From Selaginella moellendorffii (taxonomy: Eukaryota; Plantae; Lycopodiophyta), in assembly GCF_000143415.4 (NCBI RefSeq), contig NW_003314290.1, forward strand, positions 310,001 through 374,000: a stretch of 64,000 bases of DNA, read 5' to 3'. A model generated the notes under the pieces. It saw only the letters and a program-made list of their open reading frames with translations. It made no database searches and was not told the DNA's origin. Below are positions 28,480 through 39,668 of the stretch, one piece after another. Each line of letters starts with the position of its first letter. Within the stretch, counting starts at the first letter, position 1. A program made the translations under genes and the position numbers.

Positions 28480-31400
28480 GATAAAGGTGTAAATTATTAA
28501 ATTTTCCATTCTACTTTAGTCATTTAACCACATTTTTGATCACTTAGAAGAGTCTCATTCACAACCTCCATAAATCTTATTCCAGATTTGGGGACTTGGT
28601 AGCCCCAAGAATGGCATCCATGCCACTCAACCTATGCACTTGATCCAAGTGCTCCACGTGTCTAGTCTCATGACTGACACCCCAAGGTACCACTGACATA
28701 TTAGCCCGTTACATTAAGGCTATACCCATTCACCTTAGTCACATCGGTGGTTTAACACCACCTGCATCACAGTCCCGTCTCTCAAAGACTGGGCCATCCA
28801 TCCATGAGTGATCATCCCAGATCCACTCTTTAGCATCTTTAAGATGCCCACAAACATGAGGAATAGCCTTCCCCAATATCTCTTTTCCAATCCTCACCAA
28901 GTCCCTTTTTGTCCATGGCCGTGTTCGCCAACATTGCCATTAAATCAAGGCTCACAGGCCCGACCACTAAGTCCCCTTGTTCTCTAGGACTTCCTTGTCA
29001 TGTGACCGCATCCTTGGTCACTACACCAGAAGATTGCTTCTCTTCTTTTCCACCATCCGGGACTTTAGGACAACATTTCAGAACACCGTGGCCTTACGCG
29101 GGCCTCATGGGTACTCTCTCCGCCTTCCACCTTTGGGTCCTCTAGCCATGGGCTTAGAGCAAGGTTCCATTGAGCAATGCTAAGTATCCAAGTAGGTAAT
29201 GCCACCCACACTTAGACTAGGAGCATTGACCGATCTCGCGGGGGAACTAGAGCCGGCTCTTGAATATTTCACCAAACTACCTCACTTGTCAGTCTATATT
29301 CACTCTAGCCTTGGACTTCCTAGTGGTCATCTCATCATCCAATAGCTAGGTATGGCCTTTTTGGGCCAAACTGGCCTTTCCTAGCCAAACTGGCTCCACT
29401 GGGGTCCAACCCCCACACTCTCCCTATTATACTTTTGGAATCCTCTGCAGGCCCCCCCACCTCAGGGGACGATTGCTTTGGGCTTTCACCAACAGCCTAT
29501 ATTAGTATTCGGACTCATACTTGGACTTAGACTCGGACTCGGACTTGGTCTCGGTCTCAGTTTCAAACTTGGACTCGGTCTCAGTCGCAGTCTCGACCTC
29601 AATCTTGGTTTTGATCTTAGTTCTATCTTGAACTCCATCTCAGGTCTATCTAGGACTCCATCTCGGGCTCCATCTCGGGTCTATCTCAAACTCCATCTCG
29701 GGCTCCATCTGAGACTCCATCTCGGGTCCATCTTGGACTCCATTTTGAACTCCATCTCATGTTCATCTCGGACTCCATTTCAGACTCCATCTCAAGTCCA
29801 TCTCGGACTCCATCTCAGGTCCATCTCGGACTCCATCTCAGACTCTATCTTGGGTCCATCTTGGACTACATTTCGGGTCTATCTTGGACTTCTCCTTTGG
29901 TCCATCTTGGACTCCTTCTCGGACTCCATCTTGGACACTTCCACATGTCATGTGTTAGTCCTTTTGTCCCTTTTCTAAAGACTCACTTGTTGCTTGCTTC
30001 ATGCTCGTTTTTCGAGCATTTCGTTAAAAGTTCCACTCCTGCTCTTGACTTTTTGAGTCAGAGCTTTTAGTCCAAACATGTTACTCCCGTTTGGCTTCCA
30101 GTTTGGCCACTGCCACATGGCACCCTTTTGGCTCCACTTTTGGGCTTTGGGATTTGTGTCTCACAACTCTATCACCCCTAAACAAAGTTCGATATCCTCA
30201 TCGAATAATAAACCATTTTATAAAGTAATACCAATATGTATTACTCTTTCCATTTTTGGCACCTGGCCAATATTTGTCAATGGTTTGACACTAAAGGCTG
30301 TCCATGCTTTGTCCATCCTTTAAGGAGCATAGTTTCTATAATATAAAAACTCATTTGACCATTTGTGGTGGTTCTCTCTTTTTATTAGTTTAGTTCTCAC
30401 TAAACCCTTTAGAGACACCTTCTTTATCAATCCTAGTACTCATTCTTGAGTAGTTTTAGTTTTTATCGATATAACCTTTGCACTTTAGAACTCTTAATTT
30501 TCACTTTTCGAAGTCAATTTCCTGGGTGTCTTTGACACCTTGCATTGCACACATTTTGCAAATTTCACTTCCCCATCCTAGAAAGTTCTTTTCTTAAAAG
30601 CCACCATCACCCTCTCTCCTATTTCGTGCCACTCTATGCACTAAGTTCCATTTTTCCATAATTCATGCTAGGGCCACCCATGGCCTTATCATCTGGCTAT
30701 TTTGCCGCTCCTTACCTTAGAGTTTTCACTTCGCCAAATTTGTTCTTTGCCTACTTTTTCCATTTAAATTCCTTCAAATAAATTTCATGGCTCAAACTTG
30801 GCCACTAGTCTTTTGTTCCTATCCATTGATTGTTACACCAAGCAACATAGAATCACTACTTCCATCCTTGAGATATTCTTTCAGTTCTATAGCAAAGGTT
30901 TCACTTTGCTAAATCCAGAGCGTGCTCACCTTTAGTAGGTCTCTTTAGCATTTTCTACTGTGAGATCTATCCATGGCCCAACTTTGTAACCTTCCCATGG
31001 GTCTCTTATAGAGATTACTTTCTCCGGACTCACTATGCCATCTCATTGACACAGCTTATTTCCTTTCAATGTTTTTCCCGCTTGGTCACCTCGACCAAGA
31101 CACACCATCATCAATAGTTCAAATCAACACTTTGAATTAGAAACCTTATTCCTTAACTTCACAAGAACTTGTCATTGTTTTAGCAATAAGATCACCTAGT
31201 GATTTGACCTTGACATCTTAACAAGTTTGCTAATAAGTACTAGGTCTTCCAAATCTTTAACTTGTTGACTATGACCCCGGGGGCATCCCCCACACTTGGC
31301 AGTGCACCCAAGCCAACCCTTCCGGCCAAGGATCCATAGTAACTGAGACTGAGTGTCCTCATCTCATTTACCACGTCTTTGGTGCCACTTGCACCAAAGT

Positions 31401-32120
31401 GTTCAAGTTAGATATGCCGAGCCACACTAAGCAATCTAACCGTGCATCACGATTCCGGGGCATCCCCCGTTTAGCGGTGTGCCTAAGATAATCTCTTTCT
31501 TGAGAGTCCATAACTACCGAAAAAATAAGTGTCCTTATATTCCAAACCATCACCACACCCTAGTGAGTTGGGACTCGAACCCAAGCACTAGAGGGTTAAG
31601 ACTCAAATCCAACCTCCGTATATGTATTTGTGGACGGCATCATCCAGGATGCCTAGCATGACTCCCCATGCCAGTACACCAACTTATACTTAAAGCGTGC
31701 TACAGATCATAGCTTAGGAACCTAGTTCCTCCGCACTGCCAAGTTCTTTCACTTGACAAGTATGTGATCATGCATGGACTCCTCCATGCTTGGCCCCATG
31801 GGCCACCCCTTTTGAAGTTACCACCTTCAACTAGAGTATTTGTTCTTCTAACTTGCTAATCTCACTTAGTAAGTCATCTGACCATCGTAACATGGTTCAT
31901 GCATAAGTGTGAAAGTCTTTGACCATCGACTTTTGTTCAAAGCCATCCTTTTGAACACTTGGGAACTGCTTCCCCAACCTTGACAACCTTGCTTTATGGC
32001 AAGCTTCAAGACCACGTTTTTACTGTACCACTCTGATTTTGCGCGTTCTATGAATCATTTACACTTGGCTTTCTAGGTATTAAGCTATCTAGAATTATCT
32101 TTGGGAACCTTGAATGAACT
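28480..32120 (+). mobile_element. Decayed L1-like LINE, 5' part; continues at 43961 after the MULE insertion
   Basis: Homologous copies at 46670-48130, 63740-64000 and 2330-2540. ORF1-like remnants (PWPYAG...). Sequence is continuous across the TSD. Family assignment is tentative. Confidence 0.5.
29500..29940. repeat. 12-bp minisatellite (CCATCTCGGACT-type) preceded by 6-bp repeats
   Basis: Directly visible; second copy at 47470-47905. Confidence 0.92.
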
Positions 32121-32476
32121 GGGGATGGTCCAAAGTTGAGTTGAGCTCATGAGTTGAGCTCAATTCAACACAAGTCAACTCAAGTCAACATAGTCAATAA
32201 GAAATATTACAAAGGAGATCTAAATTGAACAAATGAAGGTTCTAGCAAACTTTAAAATATTAAAATACGTAAATATCTAAGTTAAAAGTTTCTATAAGAT
32301 TGAATTGTTTAAAAAAGACAAAGTTCATGAGAACCTATCTTTTATAAAATTATATTATTTTATTATGACAACTGTTACAGCTGTCATATTTGATTTGACT
32401 ACTTAATATTTTGAATACTTTTACAGCTGTAGATACTATTCCTTCATTCAAAAGAGTTTTTAGGGTTCTTGAGAAG

Positions 32477-32725
32477 ATGGGAAGCAAGGAAAATACAAGA
32501 TCTGTGAGTAAGAGTTGTAGTGCAAAGGAATGTGAGAATGTTAATTTTGTTTCACTACCACAATCTCCATATTACACTCCTGGTCCTTATTACCCATCTA
32601 GGAATGTGGAGACCACTATCACGATTGATAAAAATGCTCCTGTTACTTCTGAAACAACAGTCCAGAGTAAGAGAAATGAAGAAATGAACAGCACAGCGGA
32701 AAGCACCAAGAAATCTACTCCATAA
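32477..32725 (+). CDS. Small MULE cargo protein (82 aa) with NAPVTSETT motif
   Basis: ATG at 32477. Its C-terminal part is conserved with 51512-51630, with almost only synonymous differences. Confidence 0.6.
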   Translation: MGSKENTRSVSKSCSAKECENVNFVSLPQSPYYTPGPYYPSRNVETTITIDKNAPVTSETTVQSKRNEEMNSTAESTKKSTP

Positions 32726-33200
32726 AACTTTCTATGACATTTGTAATTTACATATTAATTCATATTAAAAACTCTATTGCTTGCCTATATCGCAATCCTC
32801 TCATATGATAAGACCAAGGTATATTTTGTAGTGAATCCTCATTAAAAGTTTTTGGGAATTGTTTGTAAATAATGATAAAAGAAATCAAAATCTTTCGAAA
32901 GACTCAAAAGTAATATCACATCAAAGAATCAACTTTATCTACACTTCCAAGACTAAAAGGCAATCTCACATGAGAGAATGGTAGCGTGCCAACGTGCTCT
33001 ACCACTATAATATGGTCTATATTTCCTTGCAATTTATTTCCGTAGACATTTGGCATGTGTAGAAAAGAATATATGTGTAGCAAAGTAGGATTCATCATAA
33101 TGATAGAGCATGTGTATACACGATAATCTAAAATTCTAGAAGCTCTTATGTTTACAAGAAAGCTATGATTATGAAGCCCCATTTCCAAGACTGACATTTA

Positions 33201-33340
33201 AAGAATCTGAGTATTGTCAGTGTCATAATAAATAAACCTCATTCCCAAGAATCTGAGTAATGTCAGTGTCATAATAAATAAACCTCGTTCCCAAGAATCT
33301 GAGTATTGTCAGTGTCATAATAAATAAACCGCATTCCCAA
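33201..33340. repeat. 3 x 46-bp tandem repeat containing TGTCAGTGTCA
   Basis: aagaatctgagtattgtcagtgtcataataaataaacc... repeated three times. Confidence 0.92.
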
Positions 33341-33430
33341 AACTAAAACTTAGTATATAAACTATCTAGAAAAGTTCTAGTCATTGTAGGTTTTTTGTTC
33401 TCCTTGAGCTCCTTAGAAGTTTATATTGAA

Positions 33431-33976
33431 ATGGCTCAAAGGAGACCCATTGCTAATCGTACTTGGCCCCCCAGCATTTCATATCAATCTCCACCTCCAT
33501 CCCCAAGTTCTACCAACATTCCACCTTCACCTCTACATAACAATCCTTTTTCTGCTGAGGGCTCTAGTGAAGCTGAATTAGAGCTCCCTATATGTGAAAT
33601 TCCGGATCTTGCTACTAGAGAGGGATTGCCTTTAGCACTTCAAGAGCAATGCCACATGTTTTTGCAAGATCTTGCTCCTGACATGGCAGGACTACTTGAA
33701 AGCACAGAACGCTATTACATTCGGTGTCCAATATGCTACTTTTTCTTGGACAAGACAAATGGCTCTATGGGTTTACAAACTTTTCTTGAGCACTGTAAGA
33801 ATTGCCCAACGGCAGGTCTGGAAAATGTGCACATGTGGATGTACAATAGATTCAAGAATGAGTTACAGACACATACCCACTATCGCTTCATGGTGAGGAA
33901 CAACATCCCCTTGGGAAACACTACATTGGCTAGTGCAAAATATGGGGTTTTTAGGCCACCCTATAGTGGAATGTAA
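33431..33976 (+). CDS. MULE cargo: Pro/Ser-rich protein with a zf-XS-like zinc finger
   Basis: CPIC-x11-GLQTFLEHCK-x9-H...KNEL; paralogous to 42967-43266; TATA-like sequence at ~33354. Confidence 0.65.
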   Translation: MAQRRPIANRTWPPSISYQSPPPSPSSTNIPPSPLHNNPFSAEGSSEAELELPICEIPDLATREGLPLALQEQCHMFLQDLAPDMAGLLESTERYYIRCPICYFFLDKTNGSMGLQTFLEHCKNCPTAGLENVHMWMYNRFKNELQTHTHYRFMVRNNIPLGNTTLASAKYGVFRPPYSGM

Positions 33977-34304
33977 GATCTAGAATTACTTTACTATACT
34001 ATAGTATTGTCACTATTAAAAGAAAAAATATAATAAAATGATATTAGTTGTAGGTAACATACCTTGTTCTAGAAGGTGCTATCATATCACATACAATTGT
34101 TTACAAAATGTTGAAGGAGGAGATGGCAACACACAAACGCTATAAAGTGATGGTGACAGGTGAGAATGATAATCTATAATTATGGTATCTGACACTGACA
34201 CTGACATTTGACAATTTTACTGACATCTGACAATTTTACTGACATCTGACACTTTCACTGACATCTAACATATAACAAGCTTTCCATTTTATGTAAGGAT
34301 GCAA

Positions 34305-37300
34305 TTAACTTTCTTCTGCCTCATCATCAACATAATGATTTCTTTTATACTTCCTCCTATAGTGGTATTGTGGGGAAGATTCACCTTGCATATGTTGAGC
34401 CATGGTTTCTGCATAGTCAAAGAGACTTCGAAAGCCTCCAATTCTAGAAACTCCAGGTGATTGTGATCTATAAAATAGAATGAAATATATATTGAAATTT
34501 TAATAAACATAATTTACCTCCTTGAGGTTGAAGGCAACTCACGAAATCCTCTGAGCCGGCGTTTGAAGAAATGATGTTCTTCAATAGCAAACACCGACCT
34601 ACCAGAGTCACGTGCTGCCTCCACCATAGAACCACTACCTGCTGTGCAATCAATCACAATACCATCTGGTGGGCAATAGAGCTCAAGCAAGACTTGCATT
34701 GCTGATGGAGTTCGGAATCGGTACCCTGGAAACGTGTTGCGGATCTGCTCATCCACAAGGTTGGGTATGATGTTAGTGGAACTGTCGTACCCAGGCAAAA
34801 CACGTGCTGCACGTTCGCTATCACGAAACCCATCATGTGTGTTTCTGCAGAAGGCATGATAGGTCCACATCATAACCTGGAAAATAAAAATGTTTAGAAA
34901 TTAGATAAAAATATAAAATACATACTCACCTTTTCAGGCTTCCCTTGGACGCCCCTTGTATCAACGCCAATAGGATCCATAATGCACCCGGAAGAGAATG
35001 ACTTGAAATGAACTTCTGCTGCGCACGTCATAAGCTCATACATCCAGTTGGGGTCATTCGGTAGGATGAAGACGACATGGCCAGCTTCGAGCATAAGTAC
35101 TTCGGACAATAGGAATGCATCGCGCAAGTGGTCAGGTGTGAGAAAGTTCCAATCCTCAACTTTCCCATCGATATCTGAAAGACCATCTGGAAAGTCGAAG
35201 AGAATGAAGTCCGCAACTGGGAGCACGGGCCTTTGTATCTTTCGGCACCAACGGTTGAACTGGCGGCGTATATCCATGTTGATGTCGTCTTCCGTGAAAG
35301 ATGTCAATAATCTACTGTAAGAGCCAATGAAGATACCCACAATGCCTCGTTGTGTTATTGGGGACACAGGACGGACCTATAAAAGAGTTAAGTGAATGAA
35401 AAAAGTAATAAATAGTATGATACCGTCATATGGCGTGCTGTCGATGAGAGTTCCTCCAACTCCTCTTCACGAGCATCTCGTCGAGCTGGAATGAAATTAC
35501 TACCAACAGTCATTGCTGCAAAAAACATGTATTACCACCTTTAGTTTGTAAAATTCACTTTTGCTTACCTCGAGGTCGACGTGATATTCTGTGAACCACT
35601 TGATCATCGTTATTTACTGGTAGAACCTGATCCGGATCTTGGTTGTTTGATGGTTGAATTGGAGCCTGTTCCTGACTGTCTGGTGGTGGAACATGAACTT
35701 GATCTGGAGCTTCCTCATCCTCGTCTCCATCGTCACTTGCATTGCCATCGTTGCTAGCATTGATAATTTCCTCGCGATCTAGTGTAGAGGTCTCCTTCCC
35801 TAGGAGCTCCAACTCCCAAGGGCATTCTATCTTCCGTGCCTTTGGAACTCTCGCAAACATTGTTGGATACATTCCTCCATCTCTTACACCCTTTGCAACA
35901 AGTCGAGTGCAAACTGGTGCCTCAAATGGCATGCCTCTATATCGAAGATACCTGTAAACAATATATTTAAAAAAACAGTCTTAGAAATCATATTATACCT
36001 ATAAGCTGCACGTCGCATGAAATAAGGTTGACCATGTTGGCAATCATAAGTTGTTGTGCTTGTAGACTTCTCTGGCAGCCACCCCTCTTCGATCCCTTCC
36101 AATGACGTGTTGATGTAGGTGTCGAAAGACATGAATGTGCCATCTAAATCGTCACCAATGTGTGGTGCCAAGAACTTCTCACCTTCACTTATAGTTTGCG
36201 TGATGTAGACAGCCCTTCTCATCATGTTCTCAAATAGTTCTGGCAGTCCTTTCTCTCTGTTCATCAAGCAGACATTGAGGAACTCCAGAGTCTCTATCTG
36301 TTGCTTATATGGAAGCTTTGATTTTGCGATATTGTAAATCATGTCATTTGGAGTTTTGTTCACTGCAAAAGTAACATATGCATAATTAAGAAAAATGAAG
36401 TGTGATAAAAAACTTACATTCATGAGAAGAAATTTCGGCTATAGTCTCTAGCCACTCCTTCGGCCTGCGATTGTCTGCAATGCATACTAATTTCTTCAAC
36501 TTTGAGGACTTTGCATGCTGAATTTTGTGCTCAATTTGTACAAACTCAGCTGAGAGCTCTTCCCGACTCTTCTCCGGATATGCAAGTTCGTAAGCATCCT
36601 GCTTGACCTTCACCAAAGGCTAAAAACCAAAACAATTAAAAGAGGCTTTTATAAAATAAAAGGGAAAGACATACCTTACACCACACAGCGAGCATAAAAC
36701 TGATTGGGTTGTTGAACCAAGTTGTACCGTCATTTCGAGTGCGTGAGTGCCGAACAAGTGTTGCGAGATCATCACCATAATGTTGGCGGATGTCATCCTC
36801 ACTCAAGTCTGCCAAAAATCGAAGTTGCTCGATGTCATGGACAAGATTTTGTTTTTGAACAGCGAACTGCCCAAGCCTACATTTAAACACAACAAAACAA
36901 GTTAAAGTGGAGTTAGAGGTAAAATTATAAAACTTACGCATTGATCTTTTGGCAGGCCAAGATAAGTCTGTTGACATCCAAAGGTCCCCTCGCGTAGACA
37001 TGGCCGACTGGAACGTTGATATGGTAGACAGGATCATCGCGAAAATGATCGTCGATACACTTCATCCAAGCTCCATATCGGTGGTTACCGTCAATAATTT
37101 GGAACATTGTCCCCGCAAGCTGTCGAGTCTCAGGATGTCTGATAAGCATGTCATCAAATTCTAGGGACTTCCTCCTCCAAATAGGATCCCAGCTATTCAC
37201 AATCTCGGGTGTGACAGTAATGATCTCCGTTGTTCCTGGCTTGCAAAAAGAGACTAGAAACATACCGATATTTGTTGCAAGGCCATTCTGTTTGAACAAG

Positions 37301-37875
37301 TTGTATATATCCGGGTTGACATACTTGGATGCTGTGCGGACAAGGTTCGTCTGCTGCAAACGGCAAAGGGGGATTTCTCTGATCAAGTCACAAGGGCCTG
37401 GCCACTTGAGCGCCTCAAGTGTTTGGTGAACTGCTTTTTCCCTTGTCCGCATAACAGTCTCTTGGAAGCGCTTGTCCACCACGTTGTCAGGAAGGTCTGC
37501 AACTCTTTCAGCTCTAGGTTGTTCCTCAGGTTCCCTATCGTGAACACCACTAGATTGCCCAACTTCAGGGATTTGCGTTGGTGGTGGTGGCGGTGGTGGT
37601 GGGGGCAGAGGCAATAGTGGCAGTGGTGGTGGCAATGGTGGTGGTGGCGGTGGTGGCAGTGGCAGAGGCAATAGTGGCAGTGGTGGTGGCAATGGTGGTG
37701 GTGGCGGTGGCGATGGAGGTGGTGGAGGTGGTGATGGAGGTGGTGGAGGTGGCGATGGCGGTGGTGGAGGTGGTGATGGTGGAGGTGATGGTGGTGGAGG
37801 TGGTGATGGTGGAGGTGATGGTGGTGGAGGTGGTGAATCTCTAACTAAATGTGTCTCTGTTGTGCCAATGGACAT
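34305..37875 (-). CDS. MULE cargo: poly-Pro + ParB-like domain + beta-class N4C/N6A DNA methyltransferase-like protein (9 exons, ~1049 aa)
   Basis: Exons 37875-36938, 36876-36675, 36619-36418, 36362-35999, 35951-35569, 35515-35424, 35376-34930, 34876-34518, 34467-34305 splice in frame (3150 nt). Motifs FQIIDGNHRYGAW; ADFILFDFPDG; RTPSAMQVLLELYCPPDGIVIDCTAGSGSMVEAARDSGRSVFAIE. Confidence 0.85.
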
Positions 37876-38317
37876 GTCGATTGTGATGTCGTCGTCAGTG
37901 CCAAATTGAACTTCTCATGTCTTCTTGGCTCCAACAACCTTTTTATGTGTTACAATTTTCCTTTTCTACAAGAGAAAAAGTTTTGTAGTCAAACTAAATA
38001 AAGATAATGAGAAATTCAAACAGTCAAAGAGAAAAAAAAAATCAAGTGGGCCTANNNNNNNNNNNNNNNNNNNNNNNNNNNNNNNNNNNNNNNNNNNNNN
38101 NNNNNNNNNNNNNNNNNNNNNNNNNNNNNNNNNNNNNNNNNNNNNNNNNNNNNNAAGCAAAACTGCCCGAGGTGGCCCGCCCGAGCTCGACCTCGGCCAG
38201 CAAAGAAGCAATCAAGAAAAAAAAGGGAAGAAATGGAATGGAAGTGGAAGCAATCAAATCGAAACTCACCCTTGGCGGCATCTTTCCTCCCTCGATTTCT
38301 TGATCGTGCTAGATTTC

Positions 38318-38650
38318 TTGTGCGCTCAATCTCTCCCGCTCGCGCACTCAATCTCTCTTGCTCGCACGCTCAATCTCTCCTGCTCGCGCGCTCAATCTCT
38401 CCTGCTCGCGCGCTCAATCTCTCCTTCTCGCGCGCTCAATCTCTCCTGCTCGCGCGCTCAATCTCTCCCGCTCGTGCGCTCAATCTCTCCCGCTCACGCG
38501 CTCAATCTCTCGATCTCTTGCGCGCTCAATCTCTCGATCTCTTGCACGCTCAATCTCTCGATCTCTTGCACGCTCAATCGCTCGATCTCCTTCGCGCTCA
38601 ATCCCTCGATCTCCTTCGCGCTCAATCTCTCGATCTCTCGCGCGCTCCAC
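38318..38650. repeat. CpG-rich ~20-24 bp tandem array (CGCGCTCAATCTCTC...)
   Basis: Directly visible, ~15 units, in the divergent intergenic region. Confidence 0.93.
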
Positions 38651-39668
38651 TCACGATGCGAACAGTAACCTAATCTTGGCGGCTACCCTAACCCTAATCC
38701 TGACGGCTGCCCTAACCCTAACCTATCTCTCATCCTGGCCGTTCATTCCGAATAACCTAAATCTCAACCATCACAATATCTTTGATCTTATTTTATCTTA
38801 TCATTATTATTATATGTAAATTATGCTTCTTTATTTTGTATATTTTAATGATGGTATAACTAGCACCTATCAACATTTCTGTTATTAGAGATATGATATT
38901 ATATTTTACAAATTATCTAGAAAGGATGCATTCTCATCACTATTTTGTACATATTTTGGAATCGTTACAAGAACTTCAAAGAGTATAAATAAGGCACGTT
39001 AAAATATGTTGTACTATATCCATCTATGAATGGATGAATCCTCATCCAGAAATTTATTTTGTACTGTATTAGATCCTAAACAATAGGCACGTGCTTTAAA
39101 TGTCATTGAGCAGTGTTCACAATTATGGATAAAACTTGAGTTGTACTACGAATCAAATCTGTTATTGAAGAATAAGATTTGACAAGATTTATTATCATCT
39201 ACCACTTAAAATTTGACAACTTGACATATCACACGTGCTGATAGTTAGATTGGATCTCTTGGTTTGACACGTTATAGCTGAATGTCATTACTGGTATCAT
39301 TATTAACTATCAAACTTCACGTGCTGAAAATCTTTCCTTGGATCTATGTGTATACATGCATCAGACATCATAATAGATGACAGTAATATTAATACTGTCA
39401 CACTTACACATGTTAAATTTGCTATAGAATTTAAATTCATTTTGTACGTTGTCTTCTTATTACTCTATTTAAATTTCAATTATGTTTCACTATAGATTTT
39501 TACAAGTAGCATAAAGAGAGAGAATTCCAAAACCTATTGAGAAGGATGGAGAGGTTTCTTCTTCATTTTTGAGATCACCCACCTCTTTCATTCTCTCAGA
39601 GTATTGTTTCTGAAATTTTTTTATGTCGGCGTTTTGATCTTCGTCTTGGCTCTATTTCTTTAGAGGCT

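Noticed and set aside
31568-31583. tRNA T-loop/B-box-like GGGTTCGAGTCCCA on the minus strand
   Set aside because: No cloverleaf or A-box could be built.
37575-37835. SPPPP repeats as an extensin gene
   Set aside because: No signal peptide or Tyr motifs; it is the low-complexity N-terminus of the ParB-MTase reading frame.
34305-37875. ParB/MTase genes as bacterial contamination
   Set aside because: They contain host-style short spliceosomal introns and lie within TIR/TSD-bounded plant transposons.
37925-38819. ORFs over the N-gap and CGCG array (likewise 29478-30070, 47556-48038, 52712-53511)
   Set aside because: Artifacts of tandem repeats or runs of N.
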